40,713 nt of DNA, from positions 1 through 40,713 of IMG/VR virus record IMGVR_UViG_2940228231_000001. One strand, given 5' to 3'. Positions 15,999 through 24,388 of the stretch are shown one piece after another. Every line of letters begins with the position of its first letter. The first letter of the stretch is position 1. The DNA is from a virus. Both the position numbers and the translations under genes were made by a program. Under the pieces are notes generated by a model. That model made no database searches. It was not told where the DNA came from and worked only from the letters and a program-made list of their open reading frames with translations.

Positions 15999-17593
15999 TA
16001 TATTCCACTCCCTTCTCTGCAAATCCTAACGATAGACTCTATCTTGGTTCTGCCCTTACCTTCAAGTTTTAACTTGAACTTGTCACATCTTCTGGGGATA
16101 ATTGGCAAATACATTGTTCTTTTCCTATCTGTATAAAGATGGCACAGCTGCTGCCATACTCCATTGTCTTCAGATAATGAAACCGTCATTTCAGACTCAT
16201 CATCCATTTCAAAACGCATCTGAATACGAGAGTAAACCTTTTTATTTTCGATATACTCATCATAATCCCCAAACACTGCATACCATTCCATATGCTCATC
16301 TTCTTGGATGTATTCGTCATCTCCAACTACTTTATAAATTTTATTAACGCCGTCATCAATATATATCAGTTTACCATGCAAAAAGGTAAACATTGAGGCG
16401 TGAGTATTGTCTTCACGATGCCATATCCTCTTTGACAAATCATATGCAAATAAATCCCACACCCCATCAGGCCGTTTCATTGAAACATAATACTTCATTA
16501 GATCCGTCCCCGCTGCAGCGTCCGTGTATTTATACTTGAAGTTTTGTGTAATGAGTACTGGATAGGTCCCGTCATAAGCTACAATTCCTTCTCGGCTCTT
16601 GTAGTAAATGATACCGTCTATGGCCTGTATCGACTTGTGACAGCCTTTTTGTAAGCCTAACCCTCGTATGGTGTCTATTTGATATGTAGATGGCTTATTG
16701 TTCCCATATAGCCTGTGAATGTAGTCTTCTTTGAAAAAAGCTATATGAGTCGGGTAAGCTGTTACGCCTGTGAAGTCTCCATCAGTACCAACGTCAACTG
16801 CATACGAAGCATTTGCTATCGCTGAATAGTCTTCCCAATTCTTTGGGTCACCTAGCCTGCAACTGTAGATCGAATTGCCTTTGCATCCCCATAATCTATT
16901 ATTTGCTTCTACTAGGTAATCCATATCAGGTACATTTCTATCAATCTTAATATTCCCATATTCTCTGTAGTTCCCAGTTTCCAGGCTTCCATCAGGCATC
17001 TTAAAAGAATTGTCTGGAAATGTAATGACATTCGCTTCAATTTTGACAATCTTTGCCGATATATTATTATCAGGAAAAGTGGTGAATCCACTGAGGATAA
17101 CCGCATCATCAAAGGCAAAGTCACTGAAGTCTGCATTTGGTATTGTCAAAGTATTTGTTGTTACATTAATGTATGCTCCTTCATCCAACGTCCCTGTTTC
17201 GAAATGAGCCTCTAAGGTTTCCATCTTGTTAGATATCAAGTTGTAACAGATTTTATCAGGAAATATGCATATTTTATTATTGATGGGAGCCAATATCTTT
17301 TCTCCCTCAGAGATTAATGCACCCTTCCTTTCCCCATCATAGAAGAAAGTCTTCCCGTCAACATAAGCCAATTTCTCCTTCCACGCGAGGATATTGTAAG
17401 GCCTAGTTAACATGTCAGAATATAAACCTCTCCCTTTTCGCTGCGTTAACGTTGGATAAAGGTCAGATGAGAGGTTTTTCATATCTCTCATCTCGCCATC
17501 CGCTATGATTGGTGCATTAGAATATCCCTTAAATTCTATTGTCTGCTGTCTAATTGCCTCTACTTCTACTGGCATCTCTGGTAAATATCCCAT
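15998..17593 (-). CDS. 531-aa tail/virion structural protein, unknown family
   Basis: AGGAGG RBS, position in the tail block, beta-rich composition. No recognisable motif. Confidence 0.7.
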   Translation of the reverse strand: MGYLPEMPVEVEAIRQQTIEFKGYSNAPIIADGEMRDMKNLSSDLYPTLTQRKGRGLYSDMLTRPYNILAWKEKLAYVDGKTFFYDGERKGALISEGEKILAPINNKICIFPDKICYNLISNKMETLEAHFETGTLDEGAYINVTTNTLTIPNADFSDFAFDDAVILSGFTTFPDNNISAKIVKIEANVITFPDNSFKMPDGSLETGNYREYGNIKIDRNVPDMDYLVEANNRLWGCKGNSIYSCRLGDPKNWEDYSAIANASYAVDVGTDGDFTGVTAYPTHIAFFKEDYIHRLYGNNKPSTYQIDTIRGLGLQKGCHKSIQAIDGIIYYKSREGIVAYDGTYPVLITQNFKYKYTDAAAGTDLMKYYVSMKRPDGVWDLFAYDLSKRIWHREDNTHASMFTFLHGKLIYIDDGVNKIYKVVGDDEYIQEDEHMEWYAVFGDYDEYIENKKVYSRIQMRFEMDDESEMTVSLSEDNGVWQQLCHLYTDRKRTMYLPIIPRRCDKFKLKLEGKGRTKIESIVRICREGSGI

Positions 17594-17601
17594 AATACCT
17601 C

Positions 17602-17967
17602 CTATAAATACACTTTAATTTTCAGTGGATTTTTCTTCTCACGGGTACTAACATAATATTTTTTAGCCTCATTGAAGGCTGCATTGAACATTTGCATTGT
17701 GTTGTTGTATGTTCCAAACTCCTGCAGTGCAAAGTCTATCTGTGCCTGCACATATAGTTTGTAGCACTCATCGTACGGTCGTGGTAAAATCATTTCCGCA
17801 TCTAAATCCTGAGGAAGTTCGTAAATATGGACTCCTTCAGGTTTAGTCTCCAGCGCTTCCGTTTGAATTTTTGCTTCTATATCATTAAGCCAACCCAATA
17901 ACAATTCTTGTGTATACGGATTAGGCTTTACCTCATTTACATGAGCTAGAACTTCTCCTACTTTCAT
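17602..17967 (-). CDS. 121-aa virion protein (possible head-tail adaptor/connector)
   Basis: AAGGAGG RBS. Assignment rests on size and position only. Confidence 0.6.
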   Translation of the reverse strand: MKVGEVLAHVNEVKPNPYTQELLLGWLNDIEAKIQTEALETKPEGVHIYELPQDLDAEMILPRPYDECYKLYVQAQIDFALQEFGTYNNTMQMFNAAFNEAKKYYVSTREKKNPLKIKVYL

Positions 17968-17968
17968 A

Positions 17969-20434
17969 CTATTCCTCCTTATCGTTGACAGCGGTTTGCA
18001 GTGCTAACAAATCTTCTGCCTTAACAGCATTTCCCTGAAGCTGCAGGTCCACACCTGTGATGTAAAAGGCATTGCAGGAGTTCACTAATTGGTTAAACAT
18101 GACCGCCGTAATATCCTTTCCACGCTTTGCCTGTGTAAACTCAAACGATGTTTCAATCCCTTTATCGTTCAATCTTTTCTTGATGTATCTCACAATGAGA
18201 TTCCACTTATCTGCACGAACTATACACTCTGCATCTTTTGAAACTGTTTCCCAGTCAAAATATTCGCTCATGCGAACTCTAACTACATTCGAATACTTTG
18301 TGTCCTCGCTTGCAATCACTGGATATGCCTTTACTCGTAAGTAATAGTCCGTATCAAACGTATCAAAGGCTACTAATGTATACTCTGCAGGTGGTGCATC
18401 TAGGATGTCTACCTGTGTGAAATTGATGCCATCTGTTGATATTTCAATCTCATAATGCACATATGCTTCTGAGCTTTCAATATGCTCAGGTGCCTCCCAC
18501 CACATTTCAGCGTTCTTTTCACCTATAACCTGCAATACTTCCACTATGGAAGGTGTTGGAATGTCGCTGTCTCTTAGTGATGTCATATATGTATTTGTGA
18601 TTGTTGCCATAGTGGTTGCATCATTTTTCTTAATGACTGCTCGCACATTGTATAATGCCTCACTTAATGTTCCATCTTTATTGATTGTCGAGGATATTAA
18701 ACCCGTAAACAATCTACTTATCGTAGATATATCATCGCTACCACTCACTATGTCCACTCCTGCTAATGTAAATGTTGCGTCTGTAGACCTTCTGATGTAC
18801 CAATAGATGTGCTTGTCGTAGTTTACATTCGTCTCCATATCGGACAAATTAACCCGTAGAGACACGCTTGTCGCTTTGGCAAGTGACATGATTGCTATTT
18901 GCTTTTGCGTTGTCGCAGTGCCTGTTTTCAGTCCAATAATGTAGCCTGTATCAGCAGTGTCATAGATTTCGGCTTTGAAGTTATATGCCGTTTCGTTAAC
19001 TAAGCCTGTAACCACTTTAGCAACGCTTGATGCACTGCTTGTCATGGTCGTTTCTCCACTTAAGATATATTCTGAGTCAACGGCTCTCTTGTAGTACCAC
19101 TTAATTGTTCGTCCGATAGAGCCTTTCATTCCTGATAGGTATAACGTCACAGAAGTATCAGCAATATTTTCAACTTCTAGCGTACCGCTCACCTGCAATG
19201 TATTTGCTGAAGTAGTCAACGAATTCAACACTTCACCATCTTTCACTAAATCAACCTTGAATTCGTACATCGTGTTGGCTCTCAGGTTTGATTTTGGGAA
19301 TGTAAATGAAGTATTTGATGTGTTAGCATTAACCTGTGTAGTGGATTCCTGCACATAACTTGTATCTTTAGGGCCCTTAACATACCACTTCAGAGTTCTA
19401 GCGTAATCCTTATTGCCATTCAACCCGTATGCCTGCACTGTAATTGTAGTCTCACCCACATTAATCGTACCAATGCTCATGGCTTTATCCCAAGGAATGT
19501 CAACAGTCTCGCTCTTTGAGGCTAGAAATAAGCCTGCAAAACTGTTGGTAAGTGTTACTTTGATGTCGTATGACTCTCCTTCTTCTATGTCATAATAATA
19601 AGCATATTGAGCAGATGGTGTTGTTCCAGCTAGCAAAGTACTAGAAAAGAACTCTTTACCATTCGCAGTGAAGCTTATTTTACGATCTATGGAAGATTTG
19701 TTAATCCCATAAGCATATGTCCATATAGACTCAGCTGTAGCGGATGTAAGCAGGCTCAAGGTCGTTGCTTCTTCTTTTGTAGCGCCTGAGTTGGTATAAG
19801 TGTGAATATTATCCACATTCACACCAGCTGGTGTCACTCCATTCATCTTAGTTTCAAGACGATATGACGTTCCTGGCTCAAGACCTGTAAACGTATAGGA
19901 CACATCTGTGGTTCCTGCGGATCGATAAACAGTGCCTTCTGACACTACACCACCTGAAGAATTATATAAAGTGAATCTAAACCTTCTTGAATTCTCCTGC
20001 AGTGCACTGAAGTTATACAAATACCAAGTGAGTGATGTGTCTGTGGTAGACACGCTCTGCAGTATATTGCTGCTAGGTTCTTCCGTGTCTATAGGAATGG
20101 CCGTTAATGTCTTAGATGCCGAATCGGTTACTGTCCCACTACTAACTCCTGATACATAAGAAGCCGAACATGACAGTGTTTTCTTTCCATTCGAAGCATG
20201 ACTGATATTAAGTGTCTTAGAATATATAGTCGCACTGCCTGAAGTAGTTTGACCTGTATTAAAGGCAGAGGAAAAAGTGTACTTAGTGCCGTCAATAGTA
20301 CAAGACCCCGAACATTTTGATAGGTTATATGAGCCATAGGTCCATTTTGCTGCCACCTTAACTGTAACATTGGAAGTATTGTTCGTTTTATTCTGACTGT
20401 TTTGCGTGATGGTAATATCTATACTTACTGCCAT
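17969..20434 (-). CDS. 821-aa tail/host-adhesion protein with tandem FN3/Ig-like repeats
   Basis: The N-terminus (ITITQNSQNKTNNTSNVTVKV...ISHASNGKKTL...TLTAIP) resembles the siphovirus DUF859-type N-terminal domain. It is followed by at least six repeats, each ending in a Y-x-[FILV]-[KR]-[VA] strand (YRLETKM, YDIKVTL, YEFKVDL, YNFKAEI, YNVRAVI, YYLRVKA). Confidence 0.8.
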   Translation of the reverse strand: MAVSIDITITQNSQNKTNNTSNVTVKVAAKWTYGSYNLSKCSGSCTIDGTKYTFSSAFNTGQTTSGSATIYSKTLNISHASNGKKTLSCSASYVSGVSSGTVTDSASKTLTAIPIDTEEPSSNILQSVSTTDTSLTWYLYNFSALQENSRRFRFTLYNSSGGVVSEGTVYRSAGTTDVSYTFTGLEPGTSYRLETKMNGVTPAGVNVDNIHTYTNSGATKEEATTLSLLTSATAESIWTYAYGINKSSIDRKISFTANGKEFFSSTLLAGTTPSAQYAYYYDIEEGESYDIKVTLTNSFAGLFLASKSETVDIPWDKAMSIGTINVGETTITVQAYGLNGNKDYARTLKWYVKGPKDTSYVQESTTQVNANTSNTSFTFPKSNLRANTMYEFKVDLVKDGEVLNSLTTSANTLQVSGTLEVENIADTSVTLYLSGMKGSIGRTIKWYYKRAVDSEYILSGETTMTSSASSVAKVVTGLVNETAYNFKAEIYDTADTGYIIGLKTGTATTQKQIAIMSLAKATSVSLRVNLSDMETNVNYDKHIYWYIRRSTDATFTLAGVDIVSGSDDISTISRLFTGLISSTINKDGTLSEALYNVRAVIKKNDATTMATITNTYMTSLRDSDIPTPSIVEVLQVIGEKNAEMWWEAPEHIESSEAYVHYEIEISTDGINFTQVDILDAPPAEYTLVAFDTFDTDYYLRVKAYPVIASEDTKYSNVVRVRMSEYFDWETVSKDAECIVRADKWNLIVRYIKKRLNDKGIETSFEFTQAKRGKDITAVMFNQLVNSCNAFYITGVDLQLQGNAVKAEDLLALQTAVNDKEE

Positions 20435-20445
20435 GTGTTACCTCC

Positions 20446-21426
20446 TTATGCGAATACTGCGGTTGAAGTACCTAGCCATGCTGTTCCATTCCAATACTTC
20501 AGAGCGTTGCCATTTGCCGTATCAATCCACAACACTGTAGTATCCTCTGGTGCAGTAGCCTGCACTATGTAGCAAGGACTATTAATCTCAAAATTCCCAT
20601 CCTCTGTACCGATAAACATACGCTTGTCATCTTTAGCATAGCCAAGCTCACCATCGCTTAAGACTGGCATGTTCTCGCTCAGTCCTCTCTGAATCTTAAC
20701 TGTTTTGTTTTCTGTACCGATAAACTCTCCACAGTCAATGAGTCTTAGTGCTTCATCCAGGTTAGTCTTAGTAACTACCGAAGACAAATCCACCTCGCCT
20801 ATGTCTGAAGCTGCACTCATAAACAGATCGTACCAATTCTTCACGTTGTTGACGTAAGACTGTGCCTGTTCGATAGCCTTTTTCGCCTGTGCTAATATGC
20901 CTGACGTTTCGCTCACTCTTGACGCTTCTGCCATTTGACGTAATTGTTCAGCCACTATTCTCATCTGCTCAGATTCAATGATATTTGAGTTCTGCGCAAT
21001 AAGCTGCTGAAGTATTGGATATTCAGATTTACTAAGAATGTCATCTCCCTGACCTTCATCCATGCTCTCAGAAACATAGTAGTTAAACCTTGCAGTAGTT
21101 ACCTTAGTACCATTAGAAAATATGGACAATGCCACAAAGTGCATACCCTTAACTAGAGCGCATTGTGGCTGCAACGTGAATGCTACAAGTCCATCAGCTG
21201 CATCAATTACATCTAAATATCCACCATTCCCATCAACATACACTGTTCCATCAGGCTTGAGCACCTCAATAATGACGTTAGAGTAACCAGTGAAGTCAAA
21301 TGGAGCTGTGCCATCAAGAATATTTATGTTGAAAAGATTGCCTGTATCGTATTGGATAACACCATTTATTACTTTGGCATTATTATCCTTAACCGATACA
21401 GCTATGTTAAATTCTTTTTTATTCAT
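20446..21426 (-). CDS. 326-aa BppU-N-like (baseplate upper protein-like) tail protein with C-terminal LWIDT module
   Basis: N-terminus VINGVIQYDTGNLFNINILDGTAPFDFTGYSNVIIEVLKPDGT is BppU_N-like, followed by a central coiled coil. C-terminus is TTVLWIDTANGNALKYWNGTAW. Confidence 0.7.
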   Translation of the reverse strand: MNKKEFNIAVSVKDNNAKVINGVIQYDTGNLFNINILDGTAPFDFTGYSNVIIEVLKPDGTVYVDGNGGYLDVIDAADGLVAFTLQPQCALVKGMHFVALSIFSNGTKVTTARFNYYVSESMDEGQGDDILSKSEYPILQQLIAQNSNIIESEQMRIVAEQLRQMAEASRVSETSGILAQAKKAIEQAQSYVNNVKNWYDLFMSAASDIGEVDLSSVVTKTNLDEALRLIDCGEFIGTENKTVKIQRGLSENMPVLSDGELGYAKDDKRMFIGTEDGNFEINSPCYIVQATAPEDTTVLWIDTANGNALKYWNGTAWLGTSTAVFA

Positions 21427-21439
21427 CTTTATCTCCTAT

Positions 21440-21472
21440 TAAAAATGGAGAGTAGAACCATCCACTCTCCAT
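21440..21472 (-). terminator. Rho-independent terminator after the capsid module
   Basis: Minus strand ATGGAGAGT-n10-ACTCTCCAT (perfect 9 bp) followed by TTTTTAAT. It starts 13 nt after the stop of the 154-aa gene. Confidence 0.7.
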
Positions 21473-21484
21473 CTATTGCATATA

Positions 21485-21949
21485 CTATTCTAGAGCCGTT
21501 GATTTCTGCTCAAAGTCATCTTTAAGCTGCTCATTTAGATTAGCTGATGCTGCATCTTGTCTGCGTGAGTTATCAAGAACTTCCTTGAATTTCTGGTCGA
21601 TTTCAACCTGCTTGCCTCTCTGTATCTTGATGTTCTCGCCGTTAACAGCCACATAGACATCATCTCTGTAAAGATTAGTGTCCTTGAATAGCTCCACAGA
21701 TACTTTTTTACCAGCCTCAGCAATTTCTTTTTTGCTAGGACCTTCGGCACTCTGAACTACTCCTGCATCTGCAGTAGCCATAAGCTCGTCAGCTATCTTC
21801 TGCGCATCTTCAACAATCTCTTTTGCCTTTTCTTCAGCGTTAGTGAGCATTTCGCCTACTTTTGCTTGTGCTTCCTCTAGCATCTTTTCAAAGGCTGTAT
21901 TTGCTTCGGTGGTAGTTGGCGCTACTACCTTATTTTCTTTATCTGCCAT
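21485..21949 (-). CDS. 154-aa acidic helical protein next to the capsid gene (head-associated candidate)
   Basis: AAGGAGGG RBS. Co-terminated with the major capsid gene. No motif recognised. Confidence 0.65.
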   Translation of the reverse strand: MADKENKVVAPTTTEANTAFEKMLEEAQAKVGEMLTNAEEKAKEIVEDAQKIADELMATADAGVVQSAEGPSKKEIAEAGKKVSVELFKDTNLYRDDVYVAVNGENIKIQRGKQVEIDQKFKEVLDNSRRQDAASANLNEQLKDDFEQKSTALE

Positions 21950-21967
21950 AGTTTTCCCTCCTTAATT

Positions 21968-22972
21968 TTACACTGCTGCTGCGTTAAAAGAAGAACAAGA
22001 CTCAATTCTTAGTCCGTACTGTTCAACCAGTCTTACAGCCGTTTTGATAGCTTTCCAGCCTGCAGTAGCTCTCTGATCCAATGGGTCCCCAGTACCTGCA
22101 GAACCTTTCTGTTTAACGATGAATTGTAGCCCACCGCCTTCAACCTTAGTTGTTCCGTAGAAGTTGTTAGCTAATAGCATGGTAGCATACACAGTTTCGC
22201 CTGCTGCTCCAGCACTCTCAAACACTTTCGCTTCTGTAGTTTCGATGAATCTCACTCCGTGGATTTTGCCAATCTCACCCTCGAAAATCTGAGTGGAGCC
22301 TGCATACTGAGATGCATTAATCCAATCAGGGTCATTGGTGATATCATACTCAACGTCAGGATGGATGATTGCCCAGAAAGCACCGTTGATTTTCTTCGCA
22401 TTCGCGTTCTTCAGGATTCTAACACCGTTCTTGATGTCAGCAACCTTAAGCTTGTTCGTAGCTCCAAGTGTTGCTCTGGATAGTTTTCCGTCAACATATA
22501 GCACGTTAGTACCACCAACCATAACTTCTCTGGTAATGGTATCAAGCGTTCTGCCTGCCTGGTCTGCTAGCAATTCCTGTGCTTCTAACAGGTTGTTGTC
22601 GATTGCAGTCAAGTCAAGTACGTCAGAGATGGTTACATAATCACCGTACTGCTGTACAGTAGCCATGATGGTAGTAACATTCATCTTTCTGCCGTCTGGA
22701 GTCACACCTTCTACCAATGGAGTCAGTGCTTTGCCGAAAGAATCATACTTTCTGAACTCAATGGTCTTGCCAGAGTTCTTTGGAATGTTCTTCAACTGAG
22801 CAAACTGATCGTGAACTAATTCAGGACCAGCAAGTCTAATCAACTCTTTGTCGTAATAGACTTTCATTTCTGCAGATAGGTCTTGTCCCGTACCAGTCTG
22901 CGTAGTTACATTAGTGTTTAGTTCGCCTGCAAACTGATGCAAGTCAAACAAGTTTTTCAATAAATCTTTCAT
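21968..22972 (-). CDS. Major capsid protein (HK97-fold type; block HPDVEYDI...GEIGKIHGVRFIETT reminiscent of the N4-gp56-like capsid family)
   Basis: Position after the scaffold, size 334 aa, strong RBS, downstream terminator. N-terminal MKDLLKNLFDLHQF|AGE matches the Prp cleavage motif type. Confidence 0.8.
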   Translation of the reverse strand: MKDLLKNLFDLHQFAGELNTNVTTQTGTGQDLSAEMKVYYDKELIRLAGPELVHDQFAQLKNIPKNSGKTIEFRKYDSFGKALTPLVEGVTPDGRKMNVTTIMATVQQYGDYVTISDVLDLTAIDNNLLEAQELLADQAGRTLDTITREVMVGGTNVLYVDGKLSRATLGATNKLKVADIKNGVRILKNANAKKINGAFWAIIHPDVEYDITNDPDWINASQYAGSTQIFEGEIGKIHGVRFIETTEAKVFESAGAAGETVYATMLLANNFYGTTKVEGGGLQFIVKQKGSAGTGDPLDQRATAGWKAIKTAVRLVEQYGLRIESCSSFNAAAV

Positions 22973-22998
22973 GTTATATCTCCTTCCTATGGTGGAGA

Positions 22999-23892
22999 TT
23001 AGAACTTGATTTTCTCTCCGTTCAATACACGTTTGCGTATCTCCTCCATATCACGATTATCAAATTTACTTGGGTCATTTTTAACGATAACTCCTGCCTT
23101 GTTTCCAGTGCCATTTTCTGTAGGTCTCATGCCTCTTGCTCTGATACTGTCAACAACATTCTTCTGTGCTACTACTGCAGCAGTTCCAATGCCGTTAGTA
23201 ATCAGTTCTTTCGCATGAACAGCCTCATAGGCATCTGCTACATTCCAGTCTTGCTTTAAAAGCGCCATGAATTTATCGTTCTGCACTTCTTGTGCTAAGT
23301 CAAATTCAGGATAGGTTTTCTTCAGTTCCTCACCTTCACGCAACCACCCTTGATATGCCTTTTGGGCTTCTTGTGCACCCTTTACTCTTTCGAGTTCAGT
23401 CTGAGCACGTCTAGCTTCCAGTTCAGCATTCTTGGCGAACAGATATTGCTGTGGTGTGAGTCCCATTTCCTCTGCTTCCTCTGCAAATAACGAGGTATCG
23501 TTGCGGATTGCTTCTTCTAGACCATCCCAATCACCTGCGTCCACTCCATATCTTTCATATAGAGGCATCAGGCTTTCAGAGACTCTATTGAGTTCTTCTT
23601 GGGAATCATGCACATTCTTGAATCGTCTATCAATGTTTTCACGGACTCTTTCATCGAATAAGTCTTTATAATCACCTTTGATTAGATCCTCGAATGCTTT
23701 TCGTCTTTCTTGCTCTCCGTCTTGGTCGTCATCAGCGTCATGACTATCTTCTGAGGCTTCTGTACCTGCAGGTTCTTCCTGTCTACCGTATACTACTTCC
23801 TCAATTCCGCTTTCTTCGTGGCCAGCGTCTCCACCATTTCCGCCTGTACCTTCACCTTCAAACTGGTGTAGGTTAAATAAGTATTTTTTCAT
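22999..23892 (-). CDS. Scaffolding protein
   Basis: 297 aa, very acidic and helical, between portal/Prp and capsid. N-terminal MKKYLFNLHQF|EGE is paralogous to the capsid N-terminus. Confidence 0.7.
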   Translation of the reverse strand: MKKYLFNLHQFEGEGTGGNGGDAGHEESGIEEVVYGRQEEPAGTEASEDSHDADDDQDGEQERRKAFEDLIKGDYKDLFDERVRENIDRRFKNVHDSQEELNRVSESLMPLYERYGVDAGDWDGLEEAIRNDTSLFAEEAEEMGLTPQQYLFAKNAELEARRAQTELERVKGAQEAQKAYQGWLREGEELKKTYPEFDLAQEVQNDKFMALLKQDWNVADAYEAVHAKELITNGIGTAAVVAQKNVVDSIRARGMRPTENGTGNKAGVIVKNDPSKFDNRDMEEIRKRVLNGEKIKF

Positions 23893-23936
23893 ATTATCCT
23901 CCTGTAGTCTTTCCTACGTGTCATGCATTAACTGCA

Positions 23937-23976
23937 TTAAGGGCGGACCGATAGCAAACAAGCAGTCCGTCCTTAA
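23937..23976 (-). other. Strong stem-loop in the Prp-scaffold intergenic region
   Basis: TTAAGGGCGGAC ... GTCCGTCCTTAA, a 12-bp stem with one mismatch and a 16-nt loop. No clear T-tract on the minus strand. Confidence 0.6.
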
Positions 23977-23991
23977 TATAGTTTCTTATAA

Positions 23992-24006
23992 AGAAAGGAG
24001 GTGATC
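23992..24006 (-). promoter_or_regulatory. 15-nt copy of the 16S rRNA 3' end (anti-Shine-Dalgarno mimic) in the late transcript; perfect SD complement on the + strand
   Basis: Minus strand GATCACCTCCTTTCT equals the canonical Firmicutes 16S 3' tail. It is immediately preceded in the transcript by the hairpin GATCTA-n5-TAGATC (24003..24019). Confidence 0.4.
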
Positions 24007-24040
24007 TACGCATTAGATCTGCCATATTATTTATATCAAA

Positions 24041-24379
24041 TTACATAAATAATTGTGACTCCCTACCTTCAATCACGATTACATTGTCTGGGTATTGCTC
24101 CTCTAATAGATGAAATCCCATCATGACAAACTTAATCGCATTAATCACTTCTACCGCATGGATACCTAGCGAGGTGTAGTTTATCCTAATCTCTGTCAAT
24201 CCACTTTCAAATCGAATCTTCGCATTGATTGGAAGATTAGCTAGCATTGTCGCTAAAGTGCCTGAGAGAGTAGAACATGAGGCGCAAACGATATCTGCGC
24301 CATCATCACTATACTCTGCATGACCGTTAATCTTTAGTGTGGCCACTTTATTTTCTTCGTGTAGACTAATCTCTGTCAT
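24041..24379 (-). CDS. prp: Prp-family (DUF464) cysteine protease, phage-encoded
   Basis: INGHAEYSDDGADIVCASCSTL carries the His...Cys dyad context of the ribosomal-processing cysteine protease family. 112 aa, located between portal and scaffold. Confidence 0.8.
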   Translation of the reverse strand: MTEISLHEENKVATLKINGHAEYSDDGADIVCASCSTLSGTLATMLANLPINAKIRFESGLTEIRINYTSLGIHAVEVINAIKFVMMGFHLLEEQYPDNVIVIEGRESQLFM

Positions 24380-24388
24380 ATCTCACTC

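Noticed and set aside
24007-24110. A + strand small gene driven by the perfect SD AGAAAGGAGGTGATC.
   Set aside because: There is no ATG, GTG or TTG at 5-10 nt spacing. The only option is an ATT-initiated 33-codon frame running antisense into prp. It is kept as an open alternative under the anti-SD finding.
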